The notes beneath the pieces are model-generated. The model saw only the letters and a list, made by a program, of their open reading frames with translations. It had not been told where the DNA came from and ran no database searches. The translations under genes were made by a program, and so were the position numbers. A stretch of DNA of 64,000 nucleotides. It comes from an uncultured Acidimicrobiaceae bacterium. Lineage in GTDB: Bacteria > Actinomycetota > Acidimicrobiia > Acidimicrobiales > RAAP-2. Shown here piece by piece: positions 17,566 to 27,836 of the stretch (position 1 is the first letter of the stretch; each line of letters begins with the position of its first letter). The DNA is taken from the NCBI GenBank assembly GCA_963850185.1, contig CAWKKE010000018.1, forward strand, positions 46,253 through 110,252. Direction: 5' to 3'.

Positions 17566-18947
17566 GATCCGCAGACCGGTCGGAACGACGTGCCGTCGAC
17601 CGCACGGCGCAGCGAGGCGCCCTCGGTGGGGACGACCTCTACCGGCCTAGGGAGGTCGGCCAGTGTCAGCCCGTCGAGAAAGCGCCCCTCGTTGAGGCAG
17701 GCGTCGGGCACAAGACAACGGGAGCTGGCGGGAACGGTCTCGAGGGCGCGGGCGAGATCCTCGCCTGTGAGGAGCCCGGCCACCCCGATGTTGCCTCCGA
17801 AAAACTGGTTCTCGATGGCACGCACTTCGACGTCCTGCCGGGGGTGTGCCGCCAGAAGGGGCGCCAGGACTCGGGCGCCATAGGTGCCAGTCAGGATGGT
17901 GACGGCCCGGGCGTCGTCGCCGGCCGGCGCGGACGGGAGGCGAGGGGCCCGGTAGCCCTCGGCCGGGGCCGAGTCGACCGAGGAGAAGAATCCGTGGCGC
18001 ACTCCGCCGGGGCCATCCGAGGAAGGGTGAGTGAACGCTTCGGCGAATGCTCGCGCCATGCCGATGCCGTTCTCGTGCTGCGGATAACCGTCATAGCTCC
18101 GAGCTGGAGGAAGATCCCGTCCCGCCAGAAGGTAGTACTCGTCGGCCGCATACACCATGCGATGTCCCAGGGCCTTCTTGAAGAGGCGCTGCCACTCGCC
18201 GATGGTGTCGAGCACGGACTCGGCTTCAGCCCGGGTGTGGGGACGCATCTCGGCTTCGTTGGAATAGCGGCTGAGCCCGAGCGGGACCGCCCCCACGCTC
18301 GAGAGTCCCGAGTAGCGGTCGAGAATGCCGGCCAGCGTGTCCTCGAGGGCAGCCCCGTCGTTGACCCCCGGGCAGAGGACGATCTGGCCATGCACCTCGA
18401 TGCCCCCGTCGAGCAGGACCTCCAGCCATCGCAAGCTAGTGGCGCCCTTCGGGTTACGGAGCATGTGGGCCCGCAGCTCCGGGTCGGTCGTGTGGATGGA
18501 CACGAACAGCGGGCCGAGCCTCTCTGTGAGGATGCGTTCAGCGTCGAGCTCCGTGAAACGGGTGAGCGTCGTGAAGTTCCCGTACAGGAACGAGAGCCGA
18601 TAGTCGTCGTCCTTGAGATAGAGGCTCCGCCGCATTCCCTTGGGCAGTTGGTAGATGAAGCAGAAGGCGCAGTGGTTGTCACAGGTCCGAATCCTGTCGA
18701 AGACGGCCGACGAGACCTCCACACCGAGCGGCTCCCCCGCGCCCTTGCCGACCCGCACGACCCGGGGAAGCGGTGCACCGGCGCGGCGAACCAGGACGCT
18801 GGGGTCGCCCGCGTCGCTGAGTCGCTGGAAATCGATGACGTCGCGCGGCTCCTGCCCGTCAATGCTGAGGAGCTCGTCCCCCACGGCCAGACCGGCGCGG
18901 GCTGCCGGCGACGCCGCGGTGACCGAAGTCACCGTGGGAGCTGACAT
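17562..18947 (-). CDS. PDZ + radical-SAM-like protein (DUF512 family)
   Basis: N-terminal PDZ-like 'GLAVGDELLSIDG', CX3CX2C 'CDNHCAFC' and 'YRLSFLYGNFTTLT'. The stop overlaps the der start (ATGA). Confidence 0.8.
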   Translation of the reverse strand: MSAPTVTSVTAASPAARAGLAVGDELLSIDGQEPRDVIDFQRLSDAGDPSVLVRRAGAPLPRVVRVGKGAGEPLGVEVSSAVFDRIRTCDNHCAFCFIYQLPKGMRRSLYLKDDDYRLSFLYGNFTTLTRFTELDAERILTERLGPLFVSIHTTDPELRAHMLRNPKGATSLRWLEVLLDGGIEVHGQIVLCPGVNDGAALEDTLAGILDRYSGLSSVGAVPLGLSRYSNEAEMRPHTRAEAESVLDTIGEWQRLFKKALGHRMVYAADEYYLLAGRDLPPARSYDGYPQHENGIGMARAFAEAFTHPSSDGPGGVRHGFFSSVDSAPAEGYRAPRLPSAPAGDDARAVTILTGTYGARVLAPLLAAHPRQDVEVRAIENQFFGGNIGVAGLLTGEDLARALETVPASSRCLVPDACLNEGRFLDGLTLADLPRPVEVVPTEGASLRRAVDGTSFRPVCGS

Positions 18948-18979
18948 GCCTACACGTTACTGCCGATAACCTGGACTTT

Positions 18980-20032
18980 GTGCCCGGAGTAGACCGAGTC
19001 ATGCTGGCCGAGCCACGCGGCTTCTGCGCGGGCGTCGAGAAGGCGATCAAAGCCCTGGCCTGGATGGTGCGGGTCTTTGAACCCCCTGTGTACTGCTACC
19101 ACGAGATTGTGCACAACCGACATGTGGTGGAGCGTTTCCGTGACCAGGGAGTCATCTTCGTGGACGACGTGGCCGACGCTCCTGCCGGGGCACCGCTGAT
19201 GCTCAGCGCCCACGGCTCGGCGCCCGAAGTGGTGGAGGCCGCCAGAGCCCGGGGTGGCGCCGTGGTCGATGCCGTGTGCCCCCTTGTGACCAAGGTGCAC
19301 CACGAGCTGAAGGTACGGAGCCGCAAGGGATTCACCGTTCTGTACGTCGGTCATGCTGGCCACGAGGAAGCCGTGGGCACAATGGCGGTCGCACCGCAGT
19401 CTGTGCATCTGCTCGAACACGAAGAGGACCTCGACGCCTTGGAGGGGCTGGCCGCCAAAGGCACTCCCGTCGCGCTGTTGGCACAGACCACCTTGAGCCA
19501 TGACGAATGGCGAGACCTGATGGAGGCAGCCCGTCAGCGATTTCCGGACCTCTGGATGCCCAACCGCAGTGACCTCTGTTTCGCGACCACAAATCGTCAG
19601 GCCGCTCTGAAGGCCATCGCGTCGGAGTCAGATGCCGTCGTTGTCATCGGTTCTGCCAACTCGTCGAATACCGTGGCACTCGAGAAGGTTGCCCGAGCCG
19701 GCGGGTGCTCTAGGGTGCTGCGCATCAACGAAGCCGATGAACTTCCCGATGACCTCTCAGGCACAGTCGGCGTGACCGCGGGCGCCTCGGCGCCCGAGGC
19801 CTTGGTTGAGGAGGTCATCGCCCGCCTCGCGCCCGTCCGGGGCGTGACCGAGGTCACGGTCACCACCGAGGACGAGTATTTCCCACCTCCACCGGAACTG
19901 CGGGAGCTTCTGCGCGCCGTGGGCTCCATGCTGGGCTTTTTCGCCGCAAGGCCCGGCCCATCGCGCTCCGACCCCGCGGCCGAAGACCGCTCGGTCACGG
20001 CAGCCGAAGTTCTCGAGCTGTTGGCCTCATGA
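18980..20032 (+). CDS. ispH: 4-hydroxy-3-methylbut-2-enyl diphosphate reductase
   Basis: 'LAEPRGFCAGVEKAI', 'HEIVHN' and 'SANSSNT' are present. The start may be ATG 19001 instead of GTG 18980. Confidence 0.9.
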   Translation: MPGVDRVMLAEPRGFCAGVEKAIKALAWMVRVFEPPVYCYHEIVHNRHVVERFRDQGVIFVDDVADAPAGAPLMLSAHGSAPEVVEAARARGGAVVDAVCPLVTKVHHELKVRSRKGFTVLYVGHAGHEEAVGTMAVAPQSVHLLEHEEDLDALEGLAAKGTPVALLAQTTLSHDEWRDLMEAARQRFPDLWMPNRSDLCFATTNRQAALKAIASESDAVVVIGSANSSNTVALEKVARAGGCSRVLRINEADELPDDLSGTVGVTAGASAPEALVEEVIARLAPVRGVTEVTVTTEDEYFPPPPELRELLRAVGSMLGFFAARPGPSRSDPAAEDRSVTAAEVLELLAS

Positions 20033-20056
20033 GGCTGCAAGCGCGATGATTGCGCC

Positions 20057-20599
20057 ATGACGTTCACCCGTATGGACGAATCGACGGCGGAGCAGTGGCA
20101 GCACATCATCGTCGAGTCGATTGAACACCAGCCCCGTGTGGCCGACCGCGTGCTCAACATGCTGGCGTCGCTCGAAGAGATCACCGACGGCTTCGAGGTC
20201 GATCAGCTCGTCCACTCGCTGCAGACGGCGACCCGCGCCGAGGAAGCGGGCGCATCCGATGAGGTGGTGGTGGCGTCGCTGTGTCACGACATCGGCAAGG
20301 CCGTGTCCGTCATGAATCACCCCCGGATCGCCGCTGAGATCCTGCGTCCCTATGTCCATGAGGACACCTACCGCATGATCGAGGCCCACCAGGACTTCCA
20401 GGGAAGGCACTACTACGAGTATCTAGGGCAGGATCCGGACGCACGCAACAAATACCAAGGCGAACCCTGGTACGGGTTGGCCGAGCAGTTCGCCGACGAG
20501 TGGGACCAGATCAGCTTCGATCCTGACTATCCCACCAAGCCCCTCTCCCATTTCGAGCCTCTGGTCCGGCAAGTCTTCGCCACAGCGCGAACATTTTGA
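20057..20599 (+). CDS. HD-domain metal-dependent phosphohydrolase family protein
   Basis: 'SLCHDIGKAV' HD motif in a 180-aa ORF. Confidence 0.75.
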   Translation: MTFTRMDESTAEQWQHIIVESIEHQPRVADRVLNMLASLEEITDGFEVDQLVHSLQTATRAEEAGASDEVVVASLCHDIGKAVSVMNHPRIAAEILRPYVHEDTYRMIEAHQDFQGRHYYEYLGQDPDARNKYQGEPWYGLAEQFADEWDQISFDPDYPTKPLSHFEPLVRQVFATARTF

Positions 20600-21426
20600 G
20601 TTCGAGCCGCGGCGCCACCTCGGGCGCCAGCATCCATACGGACCCGGAGCACGCGCGTCGCGTCATCGAAGCCTCGCGTAAGGAGTTCGACGCTCGTCAC
20701 CCCGATGTGAAGTTGTCTCCTGTCGTGGGGCTCATCTGCGCCTACGAAGAGGAGGACAACATCGGAGCCGTCTTGGCCGCCATGCCAGCGGAAGCATGCG
20801 ATCTGGCAGTGACCACGCTCGTGGTGGTCGACGGTGGAAGCGACAGGACTGACCAGGTCGCCAAGGACTCTGGCGCGTTGACATTCATCTTGAGCGAGAA
20901 TCTCGGACACGGCTACGCCCTCCGTGTCGGCTACGCACTCTGCATTGAGCTCGGAGCGCAATTCGTCGTCACGCTGGACGCCGACGGTCAGAACGATCCT
21001 TCCGAGATCCCCGTGATGCTCCAACCACTGGTCGACGACACGTCTGATTTCGTCGTGGCCTCCCGCGTCCTCGGCCGCGACACGACCTCAGACCGGTTCC
21101 GCAAGCTCGGCGTGCGCGTCTTCTCATGGGCGATGAGCGCCATGGGCCACACCAAACTCACGGACACGTCGAATGGCTACAGGGCACTTCGCGTCAGCAT
21201 GCTCGACGACGTGGCCTACCGGCTGGTCCAACCGCAGTATCAGACGGCCGAACTGCTCATCATCGCCATGAAAAGGGGTTGGCGTGTCAGCGAGCAGCCC
21301 ACGGTATGGCTCCCGAGGGCTTCGGGCACGACCAAGAAGGGCAAGAACTGGCTCTTCGGGTTCCGGTACGGGCGGGTGGTGTTCGAAACCTGGTGGAAGG
21401 TCCGCAAGGAGCCGCACCACGACTGA
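20596..21426 (+). CDS. family 2 glycosyltransferase (polyprenol-phosphate sugar synthase-like)
   Basis: 'VVDGGSDRTDQVA' and 'TLDADGQNDP'. The TTG start overlaps the HD gene stop. Confidence 0.8.
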   Translation: MSSSRGATSGASIHTDPEHARRVIEASRKEFDARHPDVKLSPVVGLICAYEEEDNIGAVLAAMPAEACDLAVTTLVVVDGGSDRTDQVAKDSGALTFILSENLGHGYALRVGYALCIELGAQFVVTLDADGQNDPSEIPVMLQPLVDDTSDFVVASRVLGRDTTSDRFRKLGVRVFSWAMSAMGHTKLTDTSNGYRALRVSMLDDVAYRLVQPQYQTAELLIIAMKRGWRVSEQPTVWLPRASGTTKKGKNWLFGFRYGRVVFETWWKVRKEPHHD

Positions 21427-21444
21427 GCCGCGGCCGGCGAGGCG

Positions 21445-22182
21445 TCAATAGCGACCGGTCTTCTCCCGCGCCTCGTCGTAGACGGCCTGCAACCGGGGAA
21501 TGAGGGCCTCGGTGGCGCCCCGGACGGCCGAACGTGAAACCCGCCCGCCCTCGGTACGGGCCGGCGGTGGAATGGCAGGACCGATGACCACCTGAATCGT
21601 GCGGGGCTTCGGAATGGCGCTCCCCTTGGGCATGGCCAGGTCCGATCCCCCGATGCCGATGGGCACGATGGGCGCGCCGGTCCGGGCGGAGAGGAAGGTC
21701 GCTCCCTCCATGAGGTCCTCGACGACGGGACCGTCACGGCGCGTCCCTTCCGGGAACAGGACGAGGAGCTCGCCCCTCCGCAACACCTCTTCGGCGCGCT
21801 GGAGCGCCTCCCGGTCCGCCGACTCGCGGTGAACAGGGAAGGCCCCGACGGTGAGCAGCAGCTTCCCGAGCCACTTGTTGTTCCACATTTCGTCCTTGGT
21901 CATGAAGAAGAGCTTGCGCTCCGTGCAGAAGGCGGCGAAGCCGAAGTCGGCGAATGACCGATGCACGGGAGCCAAGATCGCCGGACCGGTCGAGGGGATG
22001 TGCCCCCTCCCGACGACCTTGGGGCGGAACCAGACCCAGAGGATCGTGACAAACAGCATGCGCTCGACCCGATACAGCACCGAACGGCGAGGGTCTATCT
22101 CGAACGGTTGACGCCTCCCGGGTGCTTGGGCGTCCCGGCCACCTTCGGCGTCGGGTGACGATCCCGTTGTGCTCACAGCCAC
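21445..22182 (-). CDS. plsC: 1-acyl-sn-glycerol-3-phosphate acyltransferase
   Basis: HX4D 'VHRSFADFG' and 'FPEGTRR' are present. Confidence 0.8.
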   Translation of the reverse strand: MAVSTTGSSPDAEGGRDAQAPGRRQPFEIDPRRSVLYRVERMLFVTILWVWFRPKVVGRGHIPSTGPAILAPVHRSFADFGFAAFCTERKLFFMTKDEMWNNKWLGKLLLTVGAFPVHRESADREALQRAEEVLRRGELLVLFPEGTRRDGPVVEDLMEGATFLSARTGAPIVPIGIGGSDLAMPKGSAIPKPRTIQVVIGPAIPPPARTEGGRVSRSAVRGATEALIPRLQAVYDEAREKTGRY

Positions 22183-24090
22183 GACAGCACCTCCTCGACC
22201 ACATCCTGCACGCTTCGCCCGGTGGTATCGAGCCGGTGTGCATCCTCGGCCTCCCGCAGGGGGGACGCATCCCGAGTCGAGTCGATCCGATCGCGTCGTG
22301 CCACGCCTTCGGGCGCCTCATCGTGCCGCCGGCGAGCTCGTTCCTCGGGCGAGGCGGTCAAGTAGACCTTCAGCTCCGCTCCGGGGAAGACAACCGAACC
22401 GATGTCCCGGCCTTCGACAACCCCCCCGCCGTGGGTCTCGACCCAGGCTCGTTGGCGTTCCACCAGGTGCCGGCGCACGTCGGGATTGGCAGCGACCACC
22501 GAGACGGCTCGACCCACCTCGGGCGAACGAATGACGCCGGTCACGTCCCGCCCATTGATGGTAACCCTCTCCCCCACTTCGATCGTTGAAGCCGCGGCGA
22601 GGGCTGCCACCGCCTCCTTGTCCTCCGGCGGCGTCCCCAGTTCCAGGGCGAGGGCTGCGACCGCCCGGTACATGGCGCCGGTGTCGAGCCGATTGACCCC
22701 GAGATCCTTGGCCACCGCCTTCGAGACGGTCGACTTGCCGGCTCCCGCCGGCCCGTCGATGGCAACCAGCAGGGGCCGAGGGGCCGCCGGGCCGTCGGCC
22801 AACCGCTCCAGATCTTCGGCAAACGCCGGGTAACTCGTCTCGACCGCGCCGAAGCCCGTGATGAGGCTGCGCTGACCCGGCCGCGCCGCGAGCGCTGCCA
22901 CGCCTGCCGCCATGGCCATTCGGTGGTCGCCCTGGCTGTCGAAGCGGGCTCCACGAAGCGGGTCCTCCGACGCCGGTGATGGACAGGGCGTCCCCTTCGA
23001 TCAAGGCGTGGGCACCGAAGGCCTCGACCATGTCCGCCACGGCCTGGAGCCGATCGACCTCTTTGACGCGGAGCTCTCCAACGTCGGAGAAGACGGTGGT
23101 CCCTGTGGCGACGGCGGCGGCGACGGCGAGGATGGGAATTTCGTCGAGCGAAGGAATCTCGCGGGCATGCACCTCCGTGGCGGTCAAGGAGCCGGCGAGC
23201 GCGCGGATGGTCGCCATGCCCGGGTCACCGGGGATGACGGTGATATCCGCCCCCATCCGCTGAAGGACCGAGACGTAGCCGAGCCGGGCCGGTCCGCTGT
23301 AGACGCCGGCAATGTCGACGGCGCTCTGCGGCACGACACACCCCGCCACGGCGAAGAACGCGGAGGCGGAGGGGTCGCCGGGCACGGTCCGATCTACTGG
23401 TCGGAGCGACGATGCACGGAGCCGCACAATGCGCCCTTCGCCCCAGGGCTCGACCGTCAGGTCGGCCCCGGCTTCAACCAGCATCTCCTCGGTGTGCGTA
23501 CGGGTCGTCACCGCCTCGCGCACGACGGTCGTGCCGTCGGCTGAGAGCCCCGCCAGGATGATGGCTGACTTCACCTGGGCACTGGCCACCTTGGACGTCC
23601 AGTCGATCCCGTGTAGTCCGCCGCCGTGCACGAGCAGCGGCGGCAGGCTGCGCTCGCCACGGCCGGCCACGGTCGCCCCCATGAGGCCGAGCGGCTCGGC
23701 CACCCGATCCATGGGCCTGGCCGAAAGCGACGCATCACCCACCAGTTCGGTCTCCCATTCGAATCCCGCCACCAGGCCCGCCAGGAGGCGCATCGACGTC
23801 CCCGAGTTCCCGCAGTCGAGGCGTGTAGCGGGACGATGGAGGCGACCCCGGCCGCCGTGGACGACGACCGTCCCGTCGTCATGACGCTCCACGCCCGCTC
23901 CCATCGATTCCACGGCGGCCAGCGAGGCGGCCACGTCGGCCCCGTCCGAGAGGCCGTGGATGACCGAGGTCCCCTCGGCGAGCGCGCCGAGGAGGACCGC
24001 ACGGTGGGAGATCGACTTCTCGCCGGGTGTGCGGACGGTGCCGCGACAGGGAGCGCCGCCGTCGACGACGAGGACGCGTGGCGCCGTCAC
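22173..24090 (-). CDS. aroA-cmk: 3-phosphoshikimate 1-carboxyvinyltransferase fused to cytidylate kinase (one frame change near 22960)
   Basis: AroA motif 'PGEKSISHRA' is in the 22318..25326 frame. After '...ITGVGG' the sequence continues in the 22173..22919 frame as 'PLRGARFDSQGDHRMAMAAG...SYPAFAEDLERLADGPAAPRPLLVAIDGPAGAGKST' (Cmk P-loop). The GTG at 24090 is a possible separate start. Confidence 0.75.
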
Positions 24091-25182
24091 GACAGCTGCT
24101 CGGCTCGTGCCCGGTACCCGGCAGGACTCGACGGCAACCGTGAGGGTGTCGGCGTCGGCGCCGTCGACCACCAGGATCAGCACCCCGAGGTCACCCTCGG
24201 CCGAATGCGCGATCTCAATGTCGTAGATGCCGATTCCGGCGTTGGCGGCCAACGATGCGATCTCGGCGATAACGCCGTCACGGTCGGGCACCCGGATCCG
24301 CAGCTCAGCCAGGTGGTCGGGTCGTACGGCACGGGCCGGGAGGCTTCTCCTGGCGGCGCTGGCCTTCTGGAGCGCCGCCAGGATCCCGTCCCGATCCTGG
24401 GCGGCCACCCGGTCCCGCATAGCGCTGAGATCCGTGAGCAACGCATCGAGCGCATTGACGATTGCCGTCGCGTTCTCGGCGCAGATATCCGGCCAAATGC
24501 CCGGATGCCCCGCTGCGACGCGGGTCATGTCACGAAAGCCGCCTGCGGCGAGGCGGAGCAGGGTGCGGTCCTGTTCGGCACCGTCCGTCGCCGCATTCAT
24601 CAGGGTGGCCGCGACCAGGTGCGGCACGTGGGACACCACGGCCACGAGCCGGTCGTGATCGGCGGCTGAAAGGACCAGTACGTCGGCGCCCAGGCTGGTC
24701 ACGGCGCCCTTGAGTCGATCGAAGGCCTCTAGCTCTGTCGCCGCCGTCGGCGTCAGCGCCCAGACCGCCCCAACGAAGAGATCGGGATCGGCACCGCGCA
24801 GTCCCGTCTGCTCCGACCCCGCCATCGGATGGCCGCCGATGAAGCGCGGGTGATCGGCCTCTTCCACGATGGAGGTCTTGACGCCGCTCACATCGGTGAC
24901 CACCGCCTCGGCCAGCCTGCGGTCGTCTTCGAGGAGGCCGCGTGCCACGGCGGCGACGGCGGCCGCCGGCACCGCGATGAAGACGATTTCGGCCAGGAGG
25001 TCGTCGCCGACGACGTCGATGACCTCATCGTCGAGCGCTGCGGCGAGCCTTTCCTCGTCGAGGTCGAGGCCGGAAACGTGCCACCCTCGTTGGCGTAGTC
25101 CGAGCGCGATCGACCCGCCGATCAGGCCCGTCCCGACGACGAGTGCCCGGCGGCGGTCTCCGGACTCAGCCCGGGAGGTCAT
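24087..25182 (-). CDS. tyrA: prephenate dehydrogenase with C-terminal ACT-like domain
   Basis: 'VVGTGLIGGSIALG' and 'GGHPMAG'. As sequenced, the frame runs on into aroA. A TGA at 24087-24089 in another frame would give '...AGYRARAEQLS*' and a GTGA overlap with aroA. Confidence 0.75.
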
Positions 25183-25540
25183 CGCGGAGCCCTTGGGCGC
25201 CGTGGAGGTAGACGTGCCGGATCTCTTCGCGCGACCTGCTCGTGTACACGTGAAGGAGAACCCTGATGCAGAGTGGCTTGGCTCCGGGCACGGCGATCTC
25301 GGCGGCGCACAAGAGGGGGACGGCACCGAACCCGATCGCTCGGATGGCGGTGGCGGGGAACGTGCTCGTCACGTCGGCGGTGGCTGTGAACAGCACGCTG
25401 ATGATGTCGTCCTCGACCAGGTCGTTCTCGGACATGAGCTTGCGCATGAGCTCCTGGGAGCGCTCCGTGACCTGGGCCACCGTGTCCTCGTCGACCGTGG
25501 TCGCCCCGCGCAAACCCCTGACGGTGGGAGCAGCTGCCAT
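25166..25540 (-). CDS. aroH: chorismate mutase, AroH class
   Basis: 'VRGLRGATTVDEDT...' in a 124-aa ORF. Overlaps the tyrA start by 17 nt. Confidence 0.85.
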   Translation of the reverse strand: MAAAPTVRGLRGATTVDEDTVAQVTERSQELMRKLMSENDLVEDDIISVLFTATADVTSTFPATAIRAIGFGAVPLLCAAEIAVPGAKPLCIRVLLHVYTSRSREEIRHVYLHGAQGLRDDLPG

Positions 25541-25590
25541 GGCGGGTCACTCTACCGGCATCGGTCGGAGGCCCAGGTGAACGGCATTTC

Positions 25591-26379
25591 CTAGCCCTGC
25601 GGGCCCGGCCGCGGGCTGCTGGGGCTGGCTGCTGCGGCCAGGGCGCGGACCTCGTCCGGTTGGAGCGTGCGCCACCGCCCGGGAGGGAGGTTCGGATCGC
25701 GCACCGGTCCGATGCGAGTGCGGACGAGACGCTGCACGGGATGGCCGATGGCACCGCACATGCGCCGGACCTGGCGATTGCGTCCTTCGTGGATGACGAG
25801 GCGCAGGACACCTGGGGCGAGAACGCCGACCTCGGCCGGGGCGGTGAGCCCGTCATCGAGCTCGATGCCCTGCCGCAAGGAGCGCAACGCGCCGGGAGCG
25901 GGCGTGCCGCCCGCCACCTCGGCCACGTATTCCTTGTCCACTCCGTGTGACGGATGGGTCAGGAGCTGGGAGAGAGCCCCGTCGTTGGTCAGGATGAGCA
26001 ATCCCTCGGTGTGGCGGTCCAACCTCCCTACGGCGAAGACGCGGGGCTCGTCCGGCACCAGCGTCATGACCGTGGGGCGACCCTGGGGATCATCGGCCGT
26101 GGTGATGACATCGTCGGGTTTGTTCAAGAGGTAGTAGACGAGGTCGGGAGCGACCGGCACCAGGACGCCGTCGACCTCGACCCGCGCCGCCAAGGGGTCG
26201 ATGCGCCGTCCGAGCGCGGCGACCTCGCCGTCGACACGAACGCGGCCGGCCGCGATCAGTTCTTCGCAGGCCCGCCGGGATCCGATCCCGACCCGGGCCA
26301 GGATCTTCTGGAGGCGCTCGCCCTCAACCGTCGTCAGAGGCCGCCTCGACGCCGAGACCCAGCGCCGACTGCAGGTCAC
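25591..26379 (-). CDS. rluB: pseudouridine synthase (RluB/RsuA family) with S4 domain
   Basis: 'ERLQKILARVGIGSRRACEELIAAGRVRVDG' and 'GRLDRHTEGLLILTNDG'. Start uncertain, as the ORF overlaps scpB by 56 nt. Confidence 0.8.
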   Translation of the reverse strand: MTCSRRWVSASRRPLTTVEGERLQKILARVGIGSRRACEELIAAGRVRVDGEVAALGRRIDPLAARVEVDGVLVPVAPDLVYYLLNKPDDVITTADDPQGRPTVMTLVPDEPRVFAVGRLDRHTEGLLILTNDGALSQLLTHPSHGVDKEYVAEVAGGTPAPGALRSLRQGIELDDGLTAPAEVGVLAPGVLRLVIHEGRNRQVRRMCGAIGHPVQRLVRTRIGPVRDPNLPPGRWRTLQPDEVRALAAAASPSSPRPGPQG

Positions 26380-26962
26380 GCTCGAGATCCCCTGCCACCT
26401 CGGGCCCGGGGAGGAAGTCCTCCACCGCCGGGAGTTGCTCGAGTGAGTCGAGTCCGAGGCGCTCCAAGAAGAGATCCGTGGTCCCGAAGAGCGCCGGCTG
26501 GCCTGGGCCGTCGGCGTGGCCGATCACCTCGATGTACCCCCTCTGCTCCAGGAGGCGGCTCACGCCGTCCACGTTCACACCGCGTAATGCCGAGATCTGG
26601 CCGCGGGAGACGGGCTGGCGGTAGGCGACGATGGCCAGTGTTTCGAGCGCGGCCGTCGAGAGACGGTGCGACACCTCTCGGTTGGCGAACCGCTCGACGT
26701 AGGGCGCCAGATCGGGATGTGTCTGGAAGCGGACACCGCCGGCGATGCGGGCCAACACGAAGCCACGGTGTTCACGGTCATAGGACTGCGCGAGATCCGA
26801 GAGCACGTCCTCCACCCGCTCCACGGGCTCTTCCACCAGTTCGGCCAGCAGCTGGGGCGCAATGGGTTCCACCGCCACCAGCAGAATGGCCTCGATCGTG
26901 CGGCCCAACTCTGCGTTCTCCACCTCGTTCAAGCCCTCACCCTTCGTAGTCGTCGATCTCAT
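26324..26962 (-). CDS. scpB: segregation and condensation protein B
   Basis: 'IEAILLVAVEPI', 'LETLAIVAYRQPVSRGQISALRGV'. Confidence 0.85.
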   Translation of the reverse strand: MRSTTTKGEGLNEVENAELGRTIEAILLVAVEPIAPQLLAELVEEPVERVEDVLSDLAQSYDREHRGFVLARIAGGVRFQTHPDLAPYVERFANREVSHRLSTAALETLAIVAYRQPVSRGQISALRGVNVDGVSRLLEQRGYIEVIGHADGPGQPALFGTTDLFLERLGLDSLEQLPAVEDFLPGPEVAGDLERDLQSALGLGVEAASDDG

Positions 26963-27746
26963 AACCGTCGAGCTCCGCCAGGCCTCGGCCAGTCGTCGCC
27001 ACGGCCATCTCGTCGGTTGCCATCCACGAGATGGCCAGGTCGCCGAACGTTGCGCCTTGGCCCAACGTCACGCGGCCCATCTTGCAGAGCTCGAGCAGGG
27101 CGAGGAAGCGCACAATGACCTCAATGCGGGTGCGGCAGCCTTCCACCAGCGACCGGAAGGAGGTGGCCCGCTCGGAGTCGGGGACGGCGATCAGATCCGA
27201 CACCGCTTCGGAGACGGAAAGCGTGTCGACCGTTACGTGTGAGAGGTCGACCCTGGGCACCGGGCGCTCGGCGGAGCCTCGGAGATAGGCCTGCGCCAAA
27301 TCGTCAGGGGTGATCCCGGCCAGCAGGTCCGGAGCGTGCACCACGAAGTCGTCGTCGAGTCCCACCTCGCGGTGGATGGAGCGCGACGCCTGCTCGGCCA
27401 TGGCGACGAAGACGTCCGCCGCCGCAGCGTAGGCGCGGCACTCGAGCAGACGGGCGAGGAGCAGGTCCCGCTCCTCCCATCCCACGAGATCCTCTTCGTC
27501 CTCGTTCGTCTCCCGGCCGGGCAGCAGCTTCTGAGATTTGAGCTCAACGAGGATGGCTGCCACGAGCAGGAATTCCGAGAGCTGGTTGAAGTCGATCTGC
27601 TCGCGCTGCTCCGAGAGCACGCTCACGAACCCGTCGATCACGGGCAGGAGAGGCACGTCGAGGATATCGACCTCGTGGGAGGAGACGAGGTGCAACAACA
27701 GGTCGATCGGACCCTCGAAGCTGGGAGTGGAGACCGAGTAGGCCAC
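26937..27746 (-). CDS. scpA: segregation and condensation protein A
   Basis: '[24 protein letters not shown]', 'FLALLELCK'. Confidence 0.85.
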   Translation of the reverse strand: MAYSVSTPSFEGPIDLLLHLVSSHEVDILDVPLLPVIDGFVSVLSEQREQIDFNQLSEFLLVAAILVELKSQKLLPGRETNEDEEDLVGWEERDLLLARLLECRAYAAAADVFVAMAEQASRSIHREVGLDDDFVVHAPDLLAGITPDDLAQAYLRGSAERPVPRVDLSHVTVDTLSVSEAVSDLIAVPDSERATSFRSLVEGCRTRIEVIVRFLALLELCKMGRVTLGQGATFGDLAISWMATDEMAVATTGRGLAELDGYEIDDYEG

Positions 27747-27836
27747 CCGCCGACGTTATCGAACCAGCCGCTACCCCTCCGCGCACCCCTGGCCACCTGC
27801 CAAAGCTCCCCCCGGGGCGCCCTACCATGGCGGCCC

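Noticed and set aside
16090-17883. 597-aa ORF on the plus strand
   Set aside because: It is antisense to der and the DUF512 gene, Arg/Gly/Pro-rich and without motifs. This is the usual shadow ORF of a GC-rich coding region.
22318-22950. C-terminal ~210 residues of the 1002-aa ORF (Arg/Gly-rich)
   Set aside because: It is out of frame relative to the conserved AroA C-terminus and Cmk, which are read in the 22173..22919 frame.
27336-27836. N-terminal 167 residues of the 598-aa ORF containing trpS
   Set aside because: This part is antisense to scpA. TrpS starts at ATG 27837 with the canonical 'SGIAPSG..TLGNYLG' N-terminus.
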